Part shown: positions 9,038 through 17,504 of the stretch, piece by piece | Layout: each line of letters starts with the position of its first letter | Position numbering within the stretch: the stretch's first letter is position 1 | The notes under the pieces: model-generated | Database searches by the model: none | The model's input: only the letters and a program-made list of their open reading frames with translations | Told to the model about the DNA's origin: nothing | Made by a program: the position numbers and the translations under genes | Origin: Prochloron didemni P4-Papua_New_Guinea | GTDB lineage: Bacteria > Cyanobacteriota > Cyanobacteriia > Cyanobacteriales > Prochloraceae | Reading direction: 5' to 3' | DNA: 32,000 bases | Assembly: GCA_000252485.1 (NCBI GenBank) | Contig: JH610995.1 | Coordinates: forward strand, 7,369 to 39,368

Positions 9038-9068
9038 CCACACTATAACGCGAAAGCGGTTAGTGTGG
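9038..9068 (+). repeat. Solitary copy of the IS200/IS605-type subterminal hairpin (8-bp stem CCACACTA/TAGTGTGG enclosing CGC-GAAA-GCG)
   Basis: Same architecture and partly the same sequence (gcgaaagcggt.tagtgtg..ag.atgt.ac) as 524-549 in the right arm of the tnpA element. A TCAA lies at 9085-9088. Confidence 0.5.
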
Positions 9069-9084
9069 GAGTATGTCACAGATT

Positions 9085-9681
9085 TCAAGATATTCCGAAT
9101 GAGAGAATTCCTAAAACTTTGCTTAAATTGTCAAGGGAATATTCTGTTAAATCGATATCTAAATTTCGAGCTTGCAGCCGCAAAAATTTCCAAATATTCC
9201 CTGTTGTGACAGCTCCATAAATAATCGGTATCTCATTGCCTTCTTGTTGATTAAATAAATGTGCTGCTAACATTAGAGATGCACACTGACCCAAACCTAA
9301 ATTAAGATTTTCTTTCTTGGCTTCTACAATAGCAAGAACTGGAGCTTGAATGTAAATTTGTTCGGGAGATAAACTAATCAGGAAATCAAAATTACCATTC
9401 AATCCTTGAGATGAATCCATATTAAATTCGTTGCCAGAAAACAAACTGATTGGTAAATTTGCCCTTCGTTTTATTTCTAGTAAAATAGGAGCAATAATCA
9501 TTCCCGAACGAGATTTTTCTGTATTAATTGCCAGAGCAATAGGAAGATTAAACTCGAGGGTATCTTTGAGAAATTGACTGGGTTCCTGTTCTGCAATATT
9601 ATTAAAAATATTGGGACTCTCATTGATAGAGAGCTGAAATTTTTCCTTGACTGCTTTTAAAGTAAAATCACTATAAGCCAT
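9085..9681 (-). CDS. Hypothetical protein with a PD-(D/E)xK nuclease-like motif
   Basis: FDFLIS...[13 protein letters not shown] fits a D...(D/E)xK core. Member of a family I recognise as common in cyanobacteria but uncharacterised. ATG at 9681 preferred over TTG at 9696. Lies 18 nt downstream of the Uma2 gene on the same strand. Confidence 0.5.
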   Translation of the reverse strand: MAYSDFTLKAVKEKFQLSINESPNIFNNIAEQEPSQFLKDTLEFNLPIALAINTEKSRSGMIIAPILLEIKRRANLPISLFSGNEFNMDSSQGLNGNFDFLISLSPEQIYIQAPVLAIVEAKKENLNLGLGQCASLMLAAHLFNQQEGNEIPIIYGAVTTGNIWKFLRLQARNLDIDLTEYSLDNLSKVLGILSFGIS

Positions 9682-9699
9682 ATCCCGAACCTTCAAAAG

Positions 9700-10275
9700 T
9701 TACCAAATGATTTTTAAATCGAGAACAAAACCTGGAAGGATATTCTCCCCCGATAAACTCTTCGGGTGATTTAAAACTTGCTTTTGTTTCCCAAGACGAT
9801 AAATCTCAACTTGACCTTGTTTGGGATTAATTAACCATCCTAGTTTTACTCCATTTGACCTATATTCTTTCATTTTCTCTTGAGTGTCTTTTAAGCGATC
9901 GCTGGGTGACATGAGTTCCAGGACAAAATCCGGCGCAAGAGGGGGAAATTTAGTTTTTTCTTCTAACGTTAATTTATCCCATCTGGATTGAGCTACCCAG
10001 GAAACATCTGGAGAACGCTCTGCACCATTGGGAAGACGGAAACAAGTTGAAGAATCAAAGCAAACTCCTAGTTTTGTTCGTTCGTTCCAAATACCTATCT
10101 TCAGAGCAAGATTAAAGTTGGTTTTACCTGTTTCTCCCCCTGTTGGCGACAGGATTATTATTTCTCCTTGAGCATTTCGTTCAAATTTAAGATCTGGATT
10201 TTGGCAACAAAATTGGTAAAACTTAGAGAGATCGAGTTGAAATAGTGGCTCTAATTTGAGAGTATAAGCATTCAT
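9700..10275 (-). CDS. Uma2-family (DUF820) putative endonuclease
   Basis: ...ILSPTGGETG...RSPDVSW...PDFVLELMSPSD...EY...GVKLGWLINP is the hallmark pattern of the Uma2/DUF820 restriction-endonuclease-like family. Paralogous to 28264-28839 and 29434-30009. Confidence 0.85.
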   Translation of the reverse strand: MNAYTLKLEPLFQLDLSKFYQFCCQNPDLKFERNAQGEIIILSPTGGETGKTNFNLALKIGIWNERTKLGVCFDSSTCFRLPNGAERSPDVSWVAQSRWDKLTLEEKTKFPPLAPDFVLELMSPSDRLKDTQEKMKEYRSNGVKLGWLINPKQGQVEIYRLGKQKQVLNHPKSLSGENILPGFVLDLKIIW

Positions 10276-10331
10276 GATTTTTCTAAGTCTCGCGCTCTAC
10301 GCAGCGCGAAGTAGGAACTATCTCTCTCTTT

Positions 10332-10367
10332 CTTCTCTCTGCGCCCTCTGCGCCTCTGCGGTTCATT
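10332..10367 (+). repeat. 36-bp dispersed repeat CTTCTCTCTGCGCCCTCTGCGCCTCTGCGGTTCATT (left copy)
   Basis: Identical over exactly 36 nt to 13389-13424, same orientation. The flanking bases differ on both sides. Confidence 0.95.
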
Positions 10368-10384
10368 CTTCTTTAATATCGCCA

Positions 10385-10550
10385 TCAGGCAACATCAATT
10401 TCTCCAGTACGTCTTTTAACAAGCTCGGTAAACGGCGCATAATCTTGCCTTTTTCCGTGCCAAACTACACCAGCATAGTCGGTATGATGGGGTTGGACTT
10501 TGATTGGGTATTCAAACCAATTGGTTATTTGTTTCTTGTTCAAGAGACAT
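10385..10550 (-). pseudogene. Truncated, possibly frameshifted remnant of a 4HBT/YbgC-type acyl-CoA thioesterase gene
   Basis: The minus strand reads ATG-SLEQETNNQLV-stop. The +1 frame continues NWFEYPIKVQPHHTDYAGVVWHG, a typical hotdog-thioesterase N-terminus, then loses similarity and stops at 10385 next to the 36-bp repeat. Only ~50 codons remain where ~140 are expected. Confidence 0.4.
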
Positions 10551-10611
10551 TTTAATAAAATATAGATCCATTATATCTCTTTTTTGTATAGCATGGGGTA
10601 AAGATTTCGAG

Positions 10612-12675
10612 CTAGACTGCCCCTGATATAGGCGGACATAGTGCTTTCCCAATTAGATAAACCATTTCATCCAAATCTTCAGTTGTGAATAAACGCTGAT
10701 TTTCTACTTCTGTCAATCCATTGTTAATGCCTTTAAAACCAGTATTCTGAAAAGTTGCTACCAATAAATCGTAATCAATTTCTTCATGAGGAGCACCCGA
10801 ATTAGCTTTTTGGTTGTAGAAATTAAGCATATCTTCGTAATCTTGACTGCTGGAAATTTGATAATCCTGTGTCAGGCTCTCAGGATTATTGCCCATAATA
10901 GCTTCACCAACTGCTCTAGCACAGCCACCAAATGCACCTAGAACAAACAAAGGCTTGTGGTGGTCGATTGCCAGTGCCGCTTCTTCAGCAATTCCAGGGA
11001 ATGCCCCCTTGTAGTCTGTAACCTTCCCACCAAGGATAATCCGAGCATCGATTCCCCTTGCCATTTTCTTTCGCATAGCAGTCAGACAACGGGCCCAAAC
11101 ATAACGATGCTCCCTGTTATTAGGCTCTAGATAAGTCTTTTTGTCAAGGCTAAAAGGCCGGTCCTGAAGGTCTTTAGGTAGAGAAATCGCCCAAATTGAA
11201 ACTTCATTTTTATGGCTAGCCCGCCACTTAACGGTTGCCTTAAGATGCAAAGGCCAGGCTAAGAAATTCTGTATCTTTTCTCCTCGTTCCGTGGTGTCCT
11301 CATTGTAAGCCTTGACCATTTCCACCAAATCTCGTGTAAAACCACCAGGACGTAGATCGCCGCCATAAGCAACACTAGCTCCTTGAGCCAGAAGATGGCG
11401 ACTAATTTCAATGAGTGCCCTTTGTTGATGAACAGCACTAAAGCCAAGTCGCTGTAAATCGGGACTATCAGAAATGGAAATCCCGATCACTTTATCAGAG
11501 AGTGGTTTTTGCTCTCGTTTTCCTGTCACTTGGGGCATAGGCTGGAAAGGAGTCCAAGCTTTAATTCCTGGATCCAGAGAGCTGAGTACCTCCATCTCGT
11601 CATCTCCTAAAGGGGGATCTGGATAGATTAAGAGAGTACATGGTTGTGGTTTGTCCCCTTGCCAAGATTGGACTTGATTTAATAATTCAGGAGCGAAAGG
11701 GATAACCCTGGCTTGCTCTGGGATTCTTCCAATCTTTTTTAAGGTTTCTACATAGCCAGGGAAGTAGCGATACCGCAGCACCTCAAGCAAAATCCTGGCA
11801 ATAATAGTGGGAATCGTCTCAGTCCCTCGCCAGCGCAATGTTGGCGTGTTGCCCAAATAGGGAAAGCTACGTTCCTCACCTCTGTTGAGGGCATTGATTA
11901 GCAGTATAGGAACTCCATATTTCTTAGCGGTTAAGATTTCCCAACGGCAAAAATAGCGGGTGGCATAGGCATCTGTCTGGCAGATTAACAGAGCAGAATC
12001 CTGAAGACCAGCTTTTATTTCCTCTCTAAAATCATAACCAGGTGCTATGTCCTTCGTATCAAAAAAGTTATCGAGTGTATTATCTTCGAGAAGCCATTCA
12101 CGAATTCCCTCAGCAAGTTGAAGCCCGTCTTGTTTGGCATGACTGAGGAAAAGTTGAACGGGAGGGGGTGCTTTTCCCTCCTCTACCTGCCCTTTTGATG
12201 TAATTTGTTGCAGTTGTCGGCAGCAGGAGTGTAGTACCTTTCTCAATAGAGTGTCCCGCTTGTTATCTATTTGGTAGATTCTGATAAAGTTAGTCTGGGC
12301 AATTTTATCACTCAAGTTATAGGCTGATTCAGTCAGTGCCACAGGGTAAAGGCGATGGTGGGGGGCTAACCGGGAGGCAGCATCCCAAAGGGATTCAATA
12401 TACTGCTCCCAACTGTCACTCATCACCATGTGGTCATCTATCAGGACAAACGTGGCGGAGTTGAGAGAGTCCTTCAAAATAATAGGTTTAGGACTGTTGG
12501 TTTCTGGTTGAAAGGGTGCTGAACGAAAATGAATCGGAATCCCAAGACCTCGCAACAGAGGATGTTCTGGATCTGCACAGATATGCTGAAAGAGGTACTT
12601 AGACAAAGGTTCTCCCGTAGGAGACTGGGGGTGCCAAATGAGGTAAATTCTAAAGTAGGGATGATATTGAGTCAT
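10612..12675 (-). CDS. Multidomain TIR + SLOG-like protein (N-terminal unassigned alpha/beta domain, canonical TIR, C-terminal SLOG/LOG-like Rossmannoid sensor domain)
   Basis: TIR: VQLFLSHAKQDG...FFDTKDIAPGYDFREEI...ALLICQTDAYATRYFCRWEILTAKKYGVPILLI, with Glu at codon 11938-11940. SLOG-like: KVIGISISDSPDLQRLGF...ASVAYGGDLRPGGFT...ARIILGGKV...LFVLGAFGGCARAVGEAI. ATG at 12675 preferred over TTG at 12699. Confidence 0.7.
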   Translation of the reverse strand: MTQYHPYFRIYLIWHPQSPTGEPLSKYLFQHICADPEHPLLRGLGIPIHFRSAPFQPETNSPKPIILKDSLNSATFVLIDDHMVMSDSWEQYIESLWDAASRLAPHHRLYPVALTESAYNLSDKIAQTNFIRIYQIDNKRDTLLRKVLHSCCRQLQQITSKGQVEEGKAPPPVQLFLSHAKQDGLQLAEGIREWLLEDNTLDNFFDTKDIAPGYDFREEIKAGLQDSALLICQTDAYATRYFCRWEILTAKKYGVPILLINALNRGEERSFPYLGNTPTLRWRGTETIPTIIARILLEVLRYRYFPGYVETLKKIGRIPEQARVIPFAPELLNQVQSWQGDKPQPCTLLIYPDPPLGDDEMEVLSSLDPGIKAWTPFQPMPQVTGKREQKPLSDKVIGISISDSPDLQRLGFSAVHQQRALIEISRHLLAQGASVAYGGDLRPGGFTRDLVEMVKAYNEDTTERGEKIQNFLAWPLHLKATVKWRASHKNEVSIWAISLPKDLQDRPFSLDKKTYLEPNNREHRYVWARCLTAMRKKMARGIDARIILGGKVTDYKGAFPGIAEEAALAIDHHKPLFVLGAFGGCARAVGEAIMGNNPESLTQDYQISSSQDYEDMLNFYNQKANSGAPHEEIDYDLLVATFQNTGFKGINNGLTEVENQRLFTTEDLDEMVYLIGKALCPPISGAV

Positions 12676-12783
12676 TAAGGGGCTAAGTTGGAGCAGCAAT
12701 AAAACTCTTTTATCATATTAACTCTCAATGGCCGAAATTTGTGCTAGTATTAAACCAAGTAACAGTTAATTTAACAATATTTT

Positions 12784-13281
12784 ATGGCAAGAAAGGTATT
12801 CGTCAGTTACTCACACAGATTAGAACAGCCAGAAGCAGATGACTTTCAAAAAATATTTGCTGATGAACGTGATGTTTTTATTGATAAGTCAATCCGAGAA
12901 GATATCGGTGACAAGAAAGCGTCAACTATAAAAGCAAAATTAAGCTCACTTATCAAGGATAGCTCTGTAACAGTGGTGCTTATCGGGAAAGAAACAGGTG
13001 GCAGAAGTTGGGTTGATTGGGAAATTTACCATAGTCTTAGAAAATCCGATGGAAACGCGAGAAACGGACTATTAGGGGTGAAAATTCCCAATAAAACTCA
13101 TTGGATTCCAGATAGGTTATTGGATAACATTCCTAATATGGGTTTAATTATTGACTGGCCGAGGGATTATAGAACTTTAGCAAATGCTATTGAGGAAGCA
13201 TACAATGCTGCAAAAACTGGTGTTCCAGATCTAAGTAAACCACTAAGAAAAAGAAATTCCTCTAAACAAAAGTTAACATAA
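12784..13281 (+). CDS. ThsB-like TIR-like domain protein (DUF1863 type)
   Basis: MARKVFVSYSH...SVTVVLIGKETGGRSWVDWEIYHSL...GLLGVKIP...IDWP matches my recollection of the ThsB/DUF1863 family consensus, including the W-x-W-E-I glutamate (codon 13021-13023). Confidence 0.7.
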   Translation: MARKVFVSYSHRLEQPEADDFQKIFADERDVFIDKSIREDIGDKKASTIKAKLSSLIKDSSVTVVLIGKETGGRSWVDWEIYHSLRKSDGNARNGLLGVKIPNKTHWIPDRLLDNIPNMGLIIDWPRDYRTLANAIEEAYNAAKTGVPDLSKPLRKRNSSKQKLT

Positions 13282-13388
13282 TTGAGTTTAATAGTAAATT
13301 CTCAACTTTGAGGGTAGGGTAGGCAATCAGGAATTTACTCTTCATAAAGGATACCAAACGTTGTCCCAATTGCCCACCCTACGAACTA

Positions 13389-13424
13389 CTTCTCTCTGCG
13401 CCCTCTGCGCCTCTGCGGTTCATT
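13389..13424 (+). repeat. 36-bp dispersed repeat (right copy)
   Basis: Identical to 10332-10367. Confidence 0.95.
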
Positions 13425-13465
13425 ATCCAGGGATACAGGGGCAGGAATACCCCGCCCGTGAAAAA

Positions 13466-15472
13466 TTATCCCAACAACTCTTTTGCTTTAGCCAATACGT
13501 TCTCTACAGTGTAGCCGAACCGCTCCAAAGCAAGACCTCCAGGAGCAGAAACCCCAAAACGGTCAATACTAATAGTTGCTCCTTCAGTCCCGATATAACG
13601 ATGCCAACCAAAGCTGCTACCAGCTTCTACAACTAACCGCTTAGTAACTGCTTTTGGCAACACTGACTCTTGATAAGCCTGGTCCTGCATCTCGAATAAA
13701 TCGCAGCTGGGCATGGAAACCACCCGAACCTTCTTGCCTTCACCCCGCAACTTTTCCCCAGCTTCAACACAGAGTTGGGTTTCGCTACCAGTACCGATGA
13801 GAATGATTTCCGGAGTACCTTCGCTATCGCTGAGAATGTAACCCCCTTTGGTAGTTCCTTCAATGCTGCTGCCAGCCAAGTTAGGCAAACCTTGGCGAGA
13901 TAATGCTAATACACTAGGAGTCTTGGTCAACTCGATCGCCGCCTTATAAGCCCCAGAAGTCTCATTCCCATCAGCAGGACGAAGCACCACTAAATTAGGA
14001 ATGGCCCGTAAACTAGGAATATGCTCGATGGGTTGGTGAGTAGGACCGTCTTCCCCCAGAGCTACCGAGTCGTGAGTCATGACCCAAATAACCCGAGCTT
14101 GAGAGAGAGCAGAAAGACGAATAGCACCCCGCATGTAGTCGGTAAATACCAGGAAAGTAGCGCCGTAGGGAATCAAACCGGAATTATGCAGAGCAATACC
14201 GTTGCAAATTGCTCCCATGCCGTGTTCCCGTACCCCGAAGCGGAGGTTGCGATTTTCGTAGCTACCGCGCTGGAAATCACCGCAGCATTTCAACAAGGTT
14301 TTATTAGAGGGAGCCAAGTCAGCAGAACCACCGATTAATTCTGGCAATACTGGGGCTATGGCGTTCAAGGTTGCTCCGGACTGATTGCGAGTAGCATCTT
14401 TTTTCGATTCCGGAGTATAAGTAGGCAAGCAAGAATCCCAGCCTTCCGGCAATTTACCGCTCAACATCCGCTCTAAGAGAGCAGCATCTTCGGGGTATTT
14501 GGTTTTATACTGAGCAAAAAGCTCATTCCATTCAGCTTCGTAGCTCGCACCCCTGTCTACTGCCTTGCGGAAATAGTTCAGAGCATCTTCAGGAACCTCA
14601 AATGGGGCATAGTTCCAACCGAGATTGTCTCTGGTAGCCTGCACTTCAGCCCCACCGAGAGCCGCACCGTGAACGTCATGGCTGTTGGCTTTATTGGGGG
14701 AACCAAAACCGATTGTAGTGGTAACCTTAATTAAAGAAGGTTTATCGGTGACTGCCTTGGCTGCCTCAATTGCTTTAGCAATGGCTTCTAAATCTTGATT
14801 GCCATTTTCCACGTGCTGAACGTGCCAGCCGTAGGCTTCAAAACGCTTGCCTACATCTTCGGTAAAAGATATCTTGGTGGAACCGTCAATGGAGATATGG
14901 TTATCGTCGTAGAGAGCGATTAGTTTGCCCAATCCCAGATGTCCTCCCAGAGAGCAAGCTTCTCCGGATACTCCTTCCATGTTACAACCATCCCCGAGGA
15001 TGACGTAAGTGTAGTGATCTACTAGCTTGCAGTCTGGTTTATTGAACTTGGCAGCCAAATGGGCTTCTGCCATGGCCAAACCCACACCATTGGCAATACC
15101 TTGTCCTAGAGGACCAGTGGTAACTTCAACCCCTTTGGTGACGAAATTTTCTGGATGACCGGGGGTTTGGGACTCCCACTGGCGGAACTGCTTGAGATCA
15201 TCAATTGTTACGGAGTCGTAGCCAGTCAAATAAAGCAAGGCGTACTGTAACATGCAGCCGTGACCTGCTGACAGGACAAAGCGATCGCGGTTAAACCAGT
15301 TGGGATTTTTCGGGTTGTAGCGCATGAAGCGATTCCAGAGGACAAAGGCCATAGGCGCAGCGCCCATAGGAAGTCCTGGATGACCGGAATTAGCTTTTTC
15401 AACTGCATCAATCGCTAGAAAGCGAATTGAATTAATGCAAACTTCTTCGAGTGACTGGGTGGCAACAACCAT
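13466..15472 (-). CDS. tkt: Transketolase
   Basis: 668 aa. [30 protein letters not shown] (ThDP motif) and ...[14 protein letters not shown] are unmistakable transketolase signatures. Confidence 0.97.
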   Translation of the reverse strand: MVVATQSLEEVCINSIRFLAIDAVEKANSGHPGLPMGAAPMAFVLWNRFMRYNPKNPNWFNRDRFVLSAGHGCMLQYALLYLTGYDSVTIDDLKQFRQWESQTPGHPENFVTKGVEVTTGPLGQGIANGVGLAMAEAHLAAKFNKPDCKLVDHYTYVILGDGCNMEGVSGEACSLGGHLGLGKLIALYDDNHISIDGSTKISFTEDVGKRFEAYGWHVQHVENGNQDLEAIAKAIEAAKAVTDKPSLIKVTTTIGFGSPNKANSHDVHGAALGGAEVQATRDNLGWNYAPFEVPEDALNYFRKAVDRGASYEAEWNELFAQYKTKYPEDAALLERMLSGKLPEGWDSCLPTYTPESKKDATRNQSGATLNAIAPVLPELIGGSADLAPSNKTLLKCCGDFQRGSYENRNLRFGVREHGMGAICNGIALHNSGLIPYGATFLVFTDYMRGAIRLSALSQARVIWVMTHDSVALGEDGPTHQPIEHIPSLRAIPNLVVLRPADGNETSGAYKAAIELTKTPSVLALSRQGLPNLAGSSIEGTTKGGYILSDSEGTPEIILIGTGSETQLCVEAGEKLRGEGKKVRVVSMPSCDLFEMQDQAYQESVLPKAVTKRLVVEAGSSFGWHRYIGTEGATISIDRFGVSAPGGLALERFGYTVENVLAKAKELLG

Positions 15473-15636
15473 AATTTTTCGATATTTATAGTTTGTGAGT
15501 TTTTGTTTGTTTCTATTGGATGGCAGTGGGTTGCCGCAAGATTATTTTCAATCTTCTCACTCTTTGCGATCGATAGGCAACTTCTCGAATCTCTAACCTC
15601 TGAGCCAACTGTATAAAGGCGATCCGGCAAAGCCTG

Positions 15637-15722
15637 GGCGTACAGCCTTGGACTGCCCTTCGACTTCGCGGTCCCTGAGCGTAGCCGAAGGGCAGGGACC
15701 GCGCAGCCGAAGTCTGTACGCC
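15637..15722. repeat. GC-rich long palindromic element in the fabF-tkt spacer
   Basis: Outer stem GGCGTACAG/CTGTACGCC; inner arms ...CGCGGTCCCTG / CAGGGACCGCG.... Related GC-rich modules are nested in other repeats at 5695-5735, 18844-18934, 19730-19775 and 25345-25378. Confidence 0.75.
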
Positions 15723-15744
15723 CCTACAACAAGCAGCAACTGTT

Positions 15745-16995
15745 TCAAACGTATTTTCTGAATGCCAAAGTAACGTTATGGCCGCCAAATCCGAAAGAAT
15801 TAGAGAGAGCTACTTCTACCTTGAGAGGGCGACTTTCATTAGGCACGTAATCTAAATCGCAATCTGGATCGGGATTGGTTAAATTAATTGTGGGTGGAAC
15901 CCGGTCATTCACCAGGGCCATTACCGTAGCCACTGCCTCTATGCCTCCAGAACCTCCTAAAAGGTGTCCTGTCATAGACTTAGTGGAGCTAATAGCAACC
16001 TTATAAGCACTTTCTCCCAAAGCTTTTTTGATTGCCTTTGTTTCGGTAGAATCGTTGGCAGGGGTACTGGTTCCGTGAGCATTGATATAACTCACTTGTT
16101 CCGGTGTCAAGCCAGCATCTTGCAAAGCCAGCTCAATTGCTCTCGTGGCTCCCACACCTCCTGGCACTGGTTGAGTCATGTGGTAGGCATCGCAAGTCAT
16201 GCCATAGCCAACGATTTCCCCATAAATCCTCGCCCCACGCTCTAGAGCCGATTCCAGTTCTTCTATCAATAAAATTCCCGTACCTTCTCCAATCACAAAA
16301 CCATCGCGATCGCGATCAAACGGACGACTAGCGGTAGCGGGGTCTTGATTGCGAGTGGAAAGTGCCTTGGCGGAGGCAAAACCTGCTACAGATAAGGGAG
16401 TAATGGGGGATTCCGTCCCTCCACAAATAGCTGCTTTCACATCTCCTCTCTGAACCCAGCGAAAGGCATCCCCAATAGCATTAGAACCAGCGGCACAGGC
16501 TGTTACCGTACAAGTGTTTGGTCCTTTAGCTCCTGTATGAATTGCCGTCAGTCCTGCTGCCATATTAGAAATCATCATTGGTACGGTGAATGGGCTGCAT
16601 TTCCTCGGGCCGCGAGAAAGCAAAATAGCCTTTTGCTCCTCCATTACTTTGAGTCCCCCCACCCCACTCCCGATAATTATCCCCACCTGTTCTGCATTCA
16701 GGTCATTAATTTCAAATTTAGCGTCCGCAAGGGCTTGTTTGCTAGCTGCTACCGCAAATTGGGCAAACCGATCCATCTTCTTGCCCTCTTTTCGAGGCAG
16801 ATATTCGTAGGGGTCGAACCCCTTAACTTCCCCGCCAAAGCGACAGGCATGTTGGGAGGCATCGAATAAAGTAATATCCGCGATCCCATTGCGTCCGCTG
16901 CACAATCCTGCCCAATATTCAGCGAGGTTATTTCCAATGGGGGTAATGGCACCGAGACCCGTTACCACAACCCGTTTTAGTTGCAAAGAAACCAT
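15745..16995 (-). CDS. fabF: 3-oxoacyl-ACP synthase II
   Basis: 416 aa. RVVVTGLG..TP.G, the active-site region TACAAGSNAIGDA, HGTSTP and the C-terminal SNSFGFGGHN. Confidence 0.95.
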   Translation of the reverse strand: MVSLQLKRVVVTGLGAITPIGNNLAEYWAGLCSGRNGIADITLFDASQHACRFGGEVKGFDPYEYLPRKEGKKMDRFAQFAVAASKQALADAKFEINDLNAEQVGIIIGSGVGGLKVMEEQKAILLSRGPRKCSPFTVPMMISNMAAGLTAIHTGAKGPNTCTVTACAAGSNAIGDAFRWVQRGDVKAAICGGTESPITPLSVAGFASAKALSTRNQDPATASRPFDRDRDGFVIGEGTGILLIEELESALERGARIYGEIVGYGMTCDAYHMTQPVPGGVGATRAIELALQDAGLTPEQVSYINAHGTSTPANDSTETKAIKKALGESAYKVAISSTKSMTGHLLGGSGGIEAVATVMALVNDRVPPTINLTNPDPDCDLDYVPNESRPLKVEVALSNSFGFGGHNVTLAFRKYV

Positions 16996-17059
16996 GATTC
17001 TCGTAAGCTAAAGCTTGATGCCCCATATATGGAGCAAATAATCTTTGGGAACTTAATCT

Positions 17060-17317
17060 TTAAGCAGCAGCATCATCTTCTTCAAGTTTGCTGCTGATAT
17101 AGTCTACAGCCGCTTGAACCGTGGCAATTTTTTCTGCTGCCTCGTCCGGAATTTCTATATCAAATTCTTCTTCTAAAGCCATCACCAGTTCTACCGTATC
17201 CAGGGAATCAGCTCCCAGATCGCCAGCAAAGTTAGCTTCTGGAGTGATTTCTTTCTCATCAACCTCTAGTTGTTCGGCAACTACGTTTTTGACTCTGGTA
17301 AAAATTTCTTCTTTCAT
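17060..17317 (-). CDS. acpP: Acyl carrier protein
   Basis: 85 aa with the phosphopantetheine-attachment motif [19 protein letters not shown]. Confidence 0.95.
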   Translation of the reverse strand: MKEEIFTRVKNVVAEQLEVDEKEITPEANFAGDLGADSLDTVELVMALEEEFDIEIPDEAAEKIATVQAAVDYISSKLEEDDAAA

Positions 17318-17504
17318 GAAAATAATTAAATTTTTTTCCGCTGGATACCCTATCCTAATTAGTTAGATAGGGAGGAAACGGGGCGGATTTTACCGGTTCC
17401 TTGGTTTTAGTTATATGCTCCGGGAACGAGCAGCATTATTCATAATAACGGAAAGCGCGACTTTCAAATCAATCCATTATTGTCTAATCTAATTAATACG
17501 GAAA

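Noticed and set aside
10274-10555. Plus-strand ORFs 10274-10555 and 13361-13636, both containing LCALCASAVH
   Set aside because: The shared peptide is just the translated 36-bp dispersed repeat. One ORF is antisense to the thioesterase remnant; the other overlaps the 3' end of tkt.
10612-13281. Calling the TIR pair a canonical type I or type II Thoeris system
   Set aside because: I could find no SIR2 motif, Macro domain or transmembrane segment in the large protein. The genes are also divergent rather than co-directional. It is therefore reported only as a Thoeris-like variant hypothesis.
15415-15788. Minus-strand ORFs 15415-15630 and 15513-15788 in the fabF-tkt spacer
   Set aside because: They cover the GC-rich palindromic repeat and the tkt leader. 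They have no recognisable protein features and overlap each other.
16104-17366. Plus-strand ORFs inside fabF and acpP (15964-16869, 17121-17366), plus the minus-strand alternate-frame ORF 16749-16952
   Set aside because: They are antisense or alternate-frame shadows of highly conserved fabF and acpP coding sequence.
17348-17372. Inverted repeat CCCTATC-N11-GATAGGG in the acpP / CCG-protein divergent spacer, considered as an operator
   Set aside because: There is only one occurrence and no known binding-site consensus I can tie it to. It is left unannotated.
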